DNA of 42,472 nucleotides, from positions 1 to 42,472 of the forward strand of contig PKDL01000144.1 of NCBI GenBank assembly GCA_002863065.1, written 5' to 3'. The position numbers were made by a program, and so were the translations under genes. The notes under the pieces are model-generated. The model was given only the letters and a program-made list of their open reading frames with translations. It did no database searches and was not told the origin of the DNA. The stretch is from Pseudomonadota bacterium (lineage in GTDB: Bacteria > Myxococcota_A > UBA9042 > GCA-2863065). Each line of letters begins with the position of its first letter. Positions within the stretch are counted from its first letter, which is position 1. Positions 1-8,978 of the stretch are shown in pieces.

Positions 1-1045
1 GTGTAAGGTTATGATGGGCATTTCCTAGACAGGCCTTCCGTTTACAAACATGTTCAGATGCAGGAACATGCACAATAATGCGAGAACAATGCACAAGCCG
101 AAATGCAACGGAAATCGAACATAATGCAAACTCACGGCAAACAGTGCGCAGGGCATCGATTGCATCGATAACTCCGGCATGTGCCCCGTCCATTAGTGTT
201 CTGTCTTCGGCAGAGAGCGAGCTCCCAGGAGCACGTAGGATGTCTAAAGTTCGTGCAACACCTCTCAACGGTGCTTTTAAATCGTGCGTTATTTGATGCA
301 ATCGGCCCGGAGTCATAGACGACCTAGTATTCCGACTTGTTCCCGTTTCGGACGGAAGGAAGATACCCACTAGGATGCGTTGTCCATGTTCATCAAGCGA
401 TCGCGTGAGTACTATTTGTCCCTGAATTGCTCGGCCTTCCGAGTCTTGCAACGTCACATTATCCCACCGGTGAGGTTGCCCCTCGCTCGGTAGCCAGTGG
501 TCGACAGACTCTGACTGGAGACGAGTTAGAAGAGCAGACTGTAGGCTCGCGGCATACATATTCGTCGATAGAGGCCCCGATACTCGTATAAGGGTCCCAC
601 TGGTATTCATTACGAACACCAGCCCGCCGAGAGCGTGGACAACTGCCTCCGGAATACCGCCACCGGTAAGAGTATCGGTTTCACCTTCGAATACATCGAT
701 TACCGTCTGCGGTAGTGAGAGGTATCCACTTGGATTTTTAGTAATGCGTCGGTGGATCGCATGTTGGTCGAGGTTGTCTGCTAATTCTAGCTCATGTTCA
801 GCTACAAGAAGAATGACTGGGATAGAGTTAGAGAACAGAGCCCGCAACAATTCAGGGGCGCTGCAAAAGCCAGGTTGTAGACCTATGATCGCGATATCTA
901 CCGACCGCTCTCCGACGATTCCAAGATAGTCGAGAGAGTTTTGTACTTCTCGAACGTGTAAGTCGAATCCGGACATCTCAAGAAGGCGCGCGCAGAGGGT
1001 GCGTTCCTCAACATTAGAATCTGCAATGAGTACTCGATACGCCAT
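1..1045 (-). CDS. Partial hybrid sensor histidine kinase (N-terminal receiver-like domain, PAS-like middle, HisKA H-box); runs off the window start
   Basis: Manual translation from ATG at 1045 (MAYRVLIADSNVEERTLCARLLEMSGF...VDIAIIGLQPG) stays open to position 1 and contains LHQITHDLKAPLRGV (HisKA H-box). It is absent from the ORF track because there is no stop codon in the window. Confidence 0.8.
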   Translation of the reverse strand, partial: MAYRVLIADSNVEERTLCARLLEMSGFDLHVREVQNSLDYLGIVGERSVDIAIIGLQPGFCSAPELLRALFSNSIPVILLVAEHELELADNLDQHAIHRRITKNPSGYLSLPQTVIDVFEGETDTLTGGGIPEAVVHALGGLVFVMNTSGTLIRVSGPLSTNMYAASLQSALLTRLQSESVDHWLPSEGQPHRWDNVTLQDSEGRAIQGQIVLTRSLDEHGQRILVGIFLPSETGTSRNTRSSMTPGRLHQITHDLKAPLRGVARTLDILRAPGSSLSAEDRTLMDGAHAGVIDAIDALRTVCREFALCSISVAFRLVHCSRIIVHVPASEHVCKRKACLGNAHHNLT

Positions 1046-1191
1046 GTCTCTTATATGTATCGCACTGTTCGCGCACTCATAAAAGGCAAAGTGACACGAA
1101 GCACAGAAAGCGTGGTTTGCAGCGGCATCTAACCGCCTAACCTGGTGCGGTCAGGCGCATCCCGTTTCTTCATGTTATTTGGGGTGGGGTA

Positions 1192-1264
<73 letters not shown>

Positions 1265-1298
1265 ACCCGAGTAGAGCGCAGTGCGCTCAAGTGGCCGG

Positions 1299-1327
1299 AG
1301 GTTAGGGAAGGCGAACCGACGCGTCAA
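1299..1327 (-). promoter_or_regulatory. Sigma70-type promoter for tRNA-Thr
   Basis: Minus strand TTGACG-N17-TAACCT followed by a GC-rich discriminator CCGGCC, about 35 nt upstream of the tRNA. Confidence 0.65.
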
Positions 1328-1427
1328 GAGCGAAATAGTACGCATCTCGTCGATTCGTGAGCACGCGGTAATTTGGAACTGTTTTTTCCGGCTCTACCGC
1401 CGTAAGTGGACGCCATTACCCGTGTTG

Positions 1428-2894
1428 TTAGAAGCTGTAGCCCAGCGCTAGCTCTCCATTGAAAGGAAAGTTGACGACGGTGTTTTCGCTCAGGGGAACA
1501 ATATAGGCTGATGTTGAGGTGCGGACCGTCAGGTAGATATGCTTCGAGACGAAAAACTGCACTCCGAAGGCACCATGGACGCCCATCGTCACTTCTCCGG
1601 TCCCGAGATCAGTAAAGTTGGAATCGGCACACCGCGAGTCCCCCTTACCGGCAAATTTACACCACGGATCAGTGGTGGTTACGTAAGAACCTAGAAAATG
1701 TACGTCGAAGCCGAATCGCACATATACCCTCCACCAATGGCCCCTGAAGGCGTAACTGAGTCCCAGACTTGTGCGGACCGATGTGAAGCTATCTAAGAGG
1801 TCCCTGTCAGCATCCAGGGTCGATGTGAAGAGGTTCACTTGGGCAAATACGCCCAGTCCACGGAGAAATTGATACTCTGCCGAGATGCCCATCCCCAAGT
1901 TATGAAAGGGGCGCCTCGTAGTGAACTGACCATAGATGCTGTAGGCGAACCCAGTATCAATAAAGAACCGATTTTGGGGTAATGACGGAGTCGCGCTGGC
2001 GACTGGCTCACCCGTAGGTAGGCAGGTGAGCCATGCTGAAATAAATCGGTCGAGCCGCTCTTTGCTATTGGCCATTTCTTCTGAATCGAGTGTGCTCTCG
2101 AATCGAGCGGTTGCAACTTCACGGTCAAATATTGATATCCGTACGTGTACGTCTTGACCTTCGCGTTCAATGTACGGAAGTAGAACCGTTTCCGCACCGA
2201 TGTCGTCTTGAAATTGTCGCAACCGCGTCTTCACACCGACACGATTTTCTCTACGGAGGCTACTCGTGCGAAAATCGGAAAGGCCATCTTCCAAGAGCTC
2301 TTCGAATGCTGGTGGATAAAAGTCTTTTGTTAATTTTTGAAAGGGATCCAAGAAGAACATCTCTGCGAGCTCTCGACTCGCTTGACTACGTTCTTCTGTC
2401 ATCAGCTCGGTATCGGGTCCTGTACGTTCGGAGCGTGCATGGGCGAGGATGAGGAGCAAGTCCGCCATATCCTCAGGCTCAATCACGTCATAATAGCTCT
2501 CGCGGTAGGTCTTGAGCGACTTTTCCAACGAGCGAACAGCGCGTCTTAAATCGCCTTTCTCGTAATACCGTTCTCCCTCCAGGCGTAGGCGTTTCGCTTC
2601 ACGTATTTTTCCTGCGTGCAGTTGCTTGAGCCGCTTAGTGAAATCCGTTCTTGCAACAAGACGCAGCTGAGGCTCAACCTGAAGTCGGGTGAGAAGGTAC
2701 TGCTCTAATTTGCTTGCTGGGTCATTTTCTAGGACCGTCGCTTCCCAAAGGCTGGAACGCAAATACGTACTAACAGGCAATACTGCGATGCACTTTATGC
2801 CGGGCTCATCGCATATATCCGGCTCCGCTGCTGCAGCGGCATGAGCCGCACACATGGCAATACCAATGACAAGATATAGTCGCTGACGCTTCAC
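1428..2894 (-). CDS. Secreted protein with a TPR-like helical region and a C-terminal outer-membrane beta-barrel
   Basis: Signal peptide, TPR-like segment (GERYYEKGDLRRAVRSLEKSL), alternating amphipathic beta strands at the C terminus and a terminal GELALGYSF (C-terminal Phe, BAM-type signal). Confidence 0.7.
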   Translation of the reverse strand: MKRQRLYLVIGIAMCAAHAAAAAEPDICDEPGIKCIAVLPVSTYLRSSLWEATVLENDPASKLEQYLLTRLQVEPQLRLVARTDFTKRLKQLHAGKIREAKRLRLEGERYYEKGDLRRAVRSLEKSLKTYRESYYDVIEPEDMADLLLILAHARSERTGPDTELMTEERSQASRELAEMFFLDPFQKLTKDFYPPAFEELLEDGLSDFRTSSLRRENRVGVKTRLRQFQDDIGAETVLLPYIEREGQDVHVRISIFDREVATARFESTLDSEEMANSKERLDRFISAWLTCLPTGEPVASATPSLPQNRFFIDTGFAYSIYGQFTTRRPFHNLGMGISAEYQFLRGLGVFAQVNLFTSTLDADRDLLDSFTSVRTSLGLSYAFRGHWWRVYVRFGFDVHFLGSYVTTTDPWCKFAGKGDSRCADSNFTDLGTGEVTMGVHGAFGVQFFVSKHIYLTVRTSTSAYIVPLSENTVVNFPFNGELALGYSF

Positions 2895-3460
2895 GGCGTA
2901 TCAGTGCACTCGTCGCAGGCTTTGTCGGACACGGTCAGCTGCGACTCTTCGCTCAGTCTCACCATGGCAAAGTCGACGCTCATTGCCTCGGTGTCCGTGC
3001 TTGAATTGCCGCAGCCCGTACCCCCCCGCTTCTCATAGTCGTTTGTGCTGATAGTCCATACGAGTCGGTCATCTGTGTCTCGAACAATTTCCGCCATATG
3101 CGTGCAGCCATTGCAATCGAGAAAGTTGAATCGAAAGACATCGTCACCTCGATATGCTCCACGTATTGAGCGGCAACTACAGCCCTCGACCTCGCAGGTT
3201 GCGGGAGATACTCGGTTTTCGTCCCGATATAGCCGCAGTACGCCGACGACATCTTGGCCATAATGTCCCAGATTCATTTCAATAAAGAGTTCACAATTCT
3301 CGGTCTTACAGCCAAGAATTTGCGCTAGAGCGGCTGCATCGCCAGTGTTTTCTTGTAGAGTGAGTTCGTCACTGAACCACTTCCCTGACAGGAAACTGTC
3401 TGGGTCATGGCATCCGCTCAGAGTGGCGAGCCCCCACACAATCACGAGGAACCGAGTCAT
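2891..3460 (-). CDS. Cys-rich hypothetical lipoprotein
   Basis: Lipobox LSGC at residues 14-17, many Cys residues, overlaps both neighbouring genes (translational coupling). Confidence 0.7.
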   Translation of the reverse strand: MTRFLVIVWGLATLSGCHDPDSFLSGKWFSDELTLQENTGDAAALAQILGCKTENCELFIEMNLGHYGQDVVGVLRLYRDENRVSPATCEVEGCSCRSIRGAYRGDDVFRFNFLDCNGCTHMAEIVRDTDDRLVWTISTNDYEKRGGTGCGNSSTDTEAMSVDFAMVRLSEESQLTVSDKACDECTDTP

Positions 3461-4032
3461 TACTCACCTGCGCGGATCTGAGATTCTGAAAATACTTCTG
3501 CCGTAAATACGTACACAAAGCAGTCATCATCCTGATAGGCATCCTCAGGTAGCCCAGCTTTCACGCAAGTTTGGCGCAGGAATTGTTCACGGTCCCACTC
3601 CATTTGCGTCGCTACTTGAGGAAGTAACACGCCACGACTACGTCCTCGCACGATAAAAAGGCCGTGCACACCAAGTTCTACCTGTTCTGGGTAGGCTCCC
3701 TTTAGCGGGCTCACAACACTGAGTTCGATATCGGTGTGTGGGAGGTCTTGGACGGCCAGTCTTGGGAAACCGGATTCTTCGGACGCCGCTCGGATCGACA
3801 AATCAACGACTGTATTTATGAGCGGACCGTCGCCGTCAAACGTACCGACGCAGCCACGGTCGGTTCCACGTGTCGTCAGCGTAATAAATACGCCCTGTTT
3901 TTCCTCTAATCGAGAGTCATCTGTTTCGGGTTGTAGCTCTCGACCCCGGTGGATGGAGTTAAAAATTGCCTGCCTCGCAACCTGAAGCAGTACGATTTTC
4001 TGTTCCCGATTCAACGGCTGGATGTTCGACAT
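3460..4032 (-). CDS. AMMECR1 / AmmeMemoRadiSam system protein A family
   Basis: Motifs GVFITL, RGCVG, IELSVVSP, GVHGLFI, GVLLPQVA, EQFLRQTCVKAGLP and FTAEVF. Likely start is ATG at 4032 (MSNIQPL), not the track start at 4110. Confidence 0.88.
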   Translation of the reverse strand: MSNIQPLNREQKIVLLQVARQAIFNSIHRGRELQPETDDSRLEEKQGVFITLTTRGTDRGCVGTFDGDGPLINTVVDLSIRAASEESGFPRLAVQDLPHTDIELSVVSPLKGAYPEQVELGVHGLFIVRGRSRGVLLPQVATQMEWDREQFLRQTCVKAGLPEDAYQDDDCFVYVFTAEVFSESQIRAGE

Positions 4033-4671
4033 GGCGCGCCCCGTACTTCCCTTCAGATCAATCATTTCCGAAGACGGGTCACTCTCGCAGCCACACCGCG
4101 CCGCTGTCAAACCGGTGCGTTAGCGAGTACCAGTGTATCCTGTCGAGAGTAATGATGGCGAAGGCGCAGTTCCCATTGCTTGGAGTTCTCTGCACTCTGG
4201 GCAACATGAAAATCATACCGCCCGAACCACCGGATTCGAAGCAATTCTGCAGTCCGTTTCAGTGCTGCGCAGTCACCATGTTGGCCAACTGTTATCCAGG
4301 AATCATCGCCTGTAGACTTCGGTCCCGGAGGGGGAGCTGTGCATGCTATCTCGTCATCCAAAGTGTGCTCAGCGCAATCGCTGCCTTCGTAGATGCCATG
4401 TCCTAACTTTCACCAATGACGCATTTTTTGCTTTGCATGGCTTAGCCTCCTAAGGTTTGTTCAGCCACGAGGAACCGAATTTTTAGGGGCTGAAAGCACA
4501 ATAACAATAGTGCCGATTCTTGTAGTTACACCAGCGTAGAACGTGCGTTCATCCCCAGAGAATGGCATCAGAGTCTGCAGTAATCTATCCGTTGCCGTCG
4601 TTGCTTCAATAAGTACAGGAGACGTACGTCAAGCTGGTGCCGATGTTTGAAACGATTGAACTGCTTGACTT

Positions 4672-5424
4672 GTGCGACGTTCTCACCTACCTGCCTCCTG
4701 CGTGAAAGACGGACTCCTATCGGTCATTGTTCCTGCCTACAACGAAGCAGAACGTTTGGGACCAACGCTAGAAAAGATCCTTGCATGGGCAAACTTGCAG
4801 CAGTTCGCCACCGAAGTGCTGGTCGTTGATGACGGTAGTACAGATGATACGTTGAATGTAGCGCAGCTGCCCGATCCGCGAATACGGGTGCTCTCGAATG
4901 GTACGAACCGAGGTAAGGGATACTCGGTCAGGCACGGGGTTCTTGAGAGCCGGGGCGACTACATCCTGTTTAGCGACGCCGATTTGTCTACGCCGATTGG
5001 CGAGTACTCGAGATTGGCGTCTGCCTTGGCGTTTTCAAATATTGCGATTGGGTCGCGAGCGGTTGACCGGAGTAAAGTAACGCAACGCCAGCCTCTATAC
5101 CGAGAAGCGATGGGTCGTACATTCAATCGCATTGTGCAAGTTTTAGCTGTCGGGGGCATCAGCGATACGCAATGTGGCTTCAAGCTTTTTGAAGGTTCAG
5201 TGGCGCGGGAGCTTTTTGCGGATGTGACCGTCGAGGGCTTTGCATTCGATGTAGAAGTACTCTTTCTTGCTCGAAAACGGGGCTTTAAAGTAGTGGAAGT
5301 CCCCGTACTGTGGGCGAACGATGAGCGAACGCATGTCCATGCTGTATATCATTCGCTTGCTATGTTGAGGGACGTTGCGTTATTGCGCTGGAGGCACTCG
5401 CGCTTTCAGAACGGGAGAACCTGA
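4672..5424 (+). CDS. GT2 polyprenyl-phosphate glycosyltransferase (dolichyl-phosphate glucose synthase-like)
   Basis: [41 protein letters not shown] and FAFDVEVL. Confidence 0.9.
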   Translation: MRRSHLPASCVKDGLLSVIVPAYNEAERLGPTLEKILAWANLQQFATEVLVVDDGSTDDTLNVAQLPDPRIRVLSNGTNRGKGYSVRHGVLESRGDYILFSDADLSTPIGEYSRLASALAFSNIAIGSRAVDRSKVTQRQPLYREAMGRTFNRIVQVLAVGGISDTQCGFKLFEGSVARELFADVTVEGFAFDVEVLFLARKRGFKVVEVPVLWANDERTHVHAVYHSLAMLRDVALLRWRHSRFQNGRT

Positions 5425-6179
5425 TGAAGCTCAGTATTATTATTCCGTGTTACAATGAAGAAACGACCGTCGAGGAAATTGTCGCCGTGGTAAAAGCTAC
5501 TCCGTACGACAAGGAAATTATCATTGTCGACGATGGCTCTACTGACGATACACGAGAAGTACTGAAGCAGTACGAGCATGATCCCGTGGTCAAGGTGTAT
5601 CTTCAACCACAAAATATGGGTAAGGGTGCGGCTCTACGGCGAGGATTTTCTGAAGCAATTGGGGATGTCGTCATTATCCAGGACGCTGACCTTGAGTATA
5701 CTCCGGACGACTACCCCAAGTTACTAGCGCCCATCGAGGCGGGACGTGCGGATGTTGTTTATGGGTCACGGTTCCAGGGAGGCGCGGGACGCGTGCTCTA
5801 TTATCGACACACGATGGGTAATAAATTCCTGACCTTCTTATCGAATCTGGCCACCGACCTGAATCTTACGGACATGGAAACCTGCTACAAAGTCTTCAAG
5901 CGCGAAGTCATCCAAAATATCGTGCTGGAGTCGGACCGCTTTGGTTTTGAGCCCGAGGTGACTGCCAAACTTGCAAAGATGAGAGATGTGGTGGTCTACG
6001 AAGTACCGATTAGCTATCACGGGCGTACCTATGAAGAAGGTAAAAAGATCACCTGGCGCGACGGCGTATCAGCCCTCTGGTGTATTTTTAAGTACAATTC
6101 GAACGTTGCGGGCGCGAAGTACTTTCGTCGAGACAGCTCTCAATTGAAGTCGCTAGTTGCCAATCAGGACCGACAATAA
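5424..6179 (+). CDS. GT2 polyprenyl-phosphate glycosyltransferase (DPM1-like)
   Basis: [43 protein letters not shown] and [14 protein letters not shown] overlap with the upstream gene. Confidence 0.92.
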   Translation: MKLSIIIPCYNEETTVEEIVAVVKATPYDKEIIIVDDGSTDDTREVLKQYEHDPVVKVYLQPQNMGKGAALRRGFSEAIGDVVIIQDADLEYTPDDYPKLLAPIEAGRADVVYGSRFQGGAGRVLYYRHTMGNKFLTFLSNLATDLNLTDMETCYKVFKREVIQNIVLESDRFGFEPEVTAKLAKMRDVVVYEVPISYHGRTYEEGKKITWRDGVSALWCIFKYNSNVAGAKYFRRDSSQLKSLVANQDRQ

Positions 6180-6191
6180 CTTCGCCTCACC

Positions 6192-7640
6192 TTACAATTT
6201 TATTAGCTGATAGCGGTCCACTCCGTCGATGACCTCTGTTTCTACTTCGCCTCTCAAGTCGTCGATTAGCTCTGAGATGTTGCTAGTAGGTGTGCTTGGT
6301 ACGACAATAAACTGACTTTCATACAACGGTTTGATTTGGATATCGGGGCGAAGAATTTGTCGCGCCACCAATGACGCTACTAGCTCGCGATAATCGCTGT
6401 TCTGCTCTAGTACATGTAACGTGGCAGATGGCGGTAGACTCTCATTTAGCTGTCCAATGAATTCCGCCGGCAAAGACTGGTCACCAGGTAGTTGCCATTT
6501 CCCGAGCTGACGTGGTCCTGACGTGCTGCGCATCGGTAGAAGGCTCAAACTGCCGCTCAGTGCGAACATGAATACGACGGCAACCAGTATTCGGATAGCT
6601 GTATTACGTTGTGCCCGAATATATCGGCCTACGCGAACCATACCGATTCCAGCGAAGAAGATGATTGGCGGCGTGAGACATACCATTCCTGAGTATCGCA
6701 GTCCCCAGGGTCCGCCGTTGATTGCGACTAGGGTGACAAGTGCAAAAGACAAAATGACAGTTCCACGGCGTACTGGATGGTCGGTACGGGTGTACGCCTT
6801 CGCTTGAGCGAATGCCATTATGGTCCAGAGCAGTGGGAATGCGGCGGCGGATAAGGCGAGTCCAGTTACAATGCCAGGCGTACGGGCTAGTCCCGAGACG
6901 AGCAGTACTCCATCAGCTCGGATATTTGGGTATGGGACGCGCATAGGGTGGCCGATGGCGGTTGTCAGTAACGCACCTAGTTCCATTGGGTCGTGAGGCC
7001 AAAGGGCGATGGCTATGAGCGGGGCGAGAATAAGCGCCAGCAGTGTTCTTATATGAACCGGTCGGAGTTCCACGACGCTGGAAGCCGTATTCCGTACTGT
7101 ACGATGGCGGTGTATTTCCAGCACGAACCAGGCTATCCAGATGATAGCGCCATATGACCAAGTGAGTATCGTCACTATCAGAGCAGAAGTCGTCATCCAG
7201 GCACCCAAGATCGTACCTGAGTCGACCGTATTGACGAGAAAGAGCAAACATATCGAGAAAAATATAAATGCCTCAGGACCAGGTCTCCCAGCCAAGCCCC
7301 ATGTAACCGGGAGCGTCAACGTCACTACGGCTGCCATGAGTGCTGCCGAGCGCCCTGCAAGGCGCCAAGTCGTGGCTAAAACGAGCATTATTCCCAAAGA
7401 GGTCGCTAAGCCCGCCGCAAACGACAGCGCCAATGATGCATCTTCAAATATCAGCCTACCTAGCGAAGTCCATAGTGCTTGCCCGGGCATCAGGCCATCC
7501 CGCATTGCTGCACTTAGGTCGGGTTGAAGTAGCGATTGTGCAGCGACTCGTTCGACATCTAATGGAAAGAGCCAGCCGACGATAGAGGGCATAAGGCAAC
7601 AGACCGTCAGCGTCACGGTCGGGAAAAGACGTCGAGTCAA
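6192..7640 (-). CDS. Polytopic membrane protein, probable GT-C (PMT/ArnT-like) glycosyltransferase
   Basis: About 10-11 hydrophobic segments plus a soluble C-terminal domain; the pattern WRLAGRSAALMAAVV..LP resembles PMT_2; adjacent to two polyprenyl-phosphate GT2s. Confidence 0.55.
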   Translation of the reverse strand: MTRRLFPTVTLTVCCLMPSIVGWLFPLDVERVAAQSLLQPDLSAAMRDGLMPGQALWTSLGRLIFEDASLALSFAAGLATSLGIMLVLATTWRLAGRSAALMAAVVTLTLPVTWGLAGRPGPEAFIFFSICLLFLVNTVDSGTILGAWMTTSALIVTILTWSYGAIIWIAWFVLEIHRHRTVRNTASSVVELRPVHIRTLLALILAPLIAIALWPHDPMELGALLTTAIGHPMRVPYPNIRADGVLLVSGLARTPGIVTGLALSAAAFPLLWTIMAFAQAKAYTRTDHPVRRGTVILSFALVTLVAINGGPWGLRYSGMVCLTPPIIFFAGIGMVRVGRYIRAQRNTAIRILVAVVFMFALSGSLSLLPMRSTSGPRQLGKWQLPGDQSLPAEFIGQLNESLPPSATLHVLEQNSDYRELVASLVARQILRPDIQIKPLYESQFIVVPSTPTSNISELIDDLRGEVETEVIDGVDRYQLIKL

Positions 7641-8248
7641 AGCGTCTCTCCGTGCGAGGAAGCGCTCAACTTGTCAACGGTGAGTTGGAAGCACACATGA
7701 CGCCACGCCGGATTTGGTGTGGTGAGCTCAATTGAGATATTCATCGGTCCAAGACTCGCACGAGGTGCTTTGATATCGAAGGTATGCCAGCCACGATACT
7801 CATCCGTCATCCGAACATTCCAGACTCGATTGCCATTTATCTTGAGTGTTGCCGAGATATGCGCTCCGTTGCGGGCGGAATCTAGTAATCCGATGTATCC
7901 AGACACTCGAGAGGCAGCAGATACTTTACGGTAGGTGATTTGGTTCGCCCCTCCTTGGCGCGGATGAATCCAAGTACACACACGCTTATCGCTTACTCCC
8001 TCTGACTGCACACTTCCGATGTATGCGCCGGCCCATTCCCAAGGGCGCTCTCCACATTGATAGCGTGTACCGACCCAGGCTGAGCAACGCTTACCTCCGC
8101 TCAGGATGCTAGCGTTCGGAAGCCCCGTTGTTGCAGTCCATTCGGGTTGCGCTTTTGAGAGTGGCGGTCTTGGCGGAACTGTTAGCACATACCACTGCAT
8201 AGCGCCGACAAGCGTTACAGCAATCAAGACCGGACCAACCGTTTGCAT
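7637..8248 (-). CDS. Membrane-anchored periplasmic beta-sandwich protein (possible carbohydrate-binding fold)
   Basis: N-terminal TM segment and a Trp/Cys-containing beta-rich domain (CTWIHP, GYIGLLDSA, WRHVCF); 4-nt overlap with the downstream GT-C-like gene. Confidence 0.6.
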   Translation of the reverse strand: MQTVGPVLIAVTLVGAMQWYVLTVPPRPPLSKAQPEWTATTGLPNASILSGGKRCSAWVGTRYQCGERPWEWAGAYIGSVQSEGVSDKRVCTWIHPRQGGANQITYRKVSAASRVSGYIGLLDSARNGAHISATLKINGNRVWNVRMTDEYRGWHTFDIKAPRASLGPMNISIELTTPNPAWRHVCFQLTVDKLSASSHGETL

Positions 8249-8495
8249 GAGCCCGGAGTATCTATTGCCGTTGTCAAACTGTCATCACAAAGTATGCTCA
8301 GCAGCTCGTCTCATCCAATTCTTCAATCATCTGCTCGATAGTCTGCTCGGAGAGTACCTCTAGAATTGACTATGACGGTGTCTGAGGTTAGTGTTCGCGC
8401 CGTTGTGAGACCGGCGATATGCGCCCCACACGGGAGGCTCTCCAATCCTTTTCGAATCCCTACATCCCCAACGGATTATTATCGGACTAGGGCTG

Positions 8496-8861
8496 TTGAC
8501 GTGTTTCAGCGCCGCATGTGTGCCCGATGAGATTTGCCCGCGGGGGGCTGTGAAGGAGAGCGGTGTATGCTTTCCAGAGCAACGAGATGCAGAGTTTCCT
8601 GCGATGGGTGAGGATATTCGGGTGAGTCTCGTCGATGTCGGGGCAGCTGGCTCAGACATAATATCGGACACGGATGATTCGAACGCTGAAACAGATACTA
8701 CCAGCGCTTCGGACGCGGACATCGCCAGCCTCGATGCTGACGACGAATCAGACACGCAAGCCGCTAGTGAGGACTCTTCTTCTGCAGACAACGCAGATGG
8801 ATTGTCGCCCGATGGAGAGACCCCATCGGCAGACACTAGCGACTCGGACAGTGGTATCTGA
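8496..8861 (+). CDS. Small Asp/Ser/Thr-rich, probably secreted or lipoprotein; start uncertain
   Basis: Possible lipobox SAAC, with in-frame hydrophobic residues (RIIIGLGLL) just upstream of the called TTG start; D/S/A/T low-complexity tail. Confidence 0.5.
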   Translation: MTCFSAACVPDEICPRGAVKESGVCFPEQRDAEFPAMGEDIRVSLVDVGAAGSDIISDTDDSNAETDTTSASDADIASLDADDESDTQAASEDSSSADNADGLSPDGETPSADTSDSDSGI

Positions 8862-8978
8862 CACGAGCCGCGCGAAGCCCAAAAACACCGCAGCCTCTGT
8901 TCATCAGAGAGACCTGCTCGAAACTACTAGAGCCTACGCTCTGGTGTTTGAGGCCGCGGTGTACTCAAGGAGCAAGCC

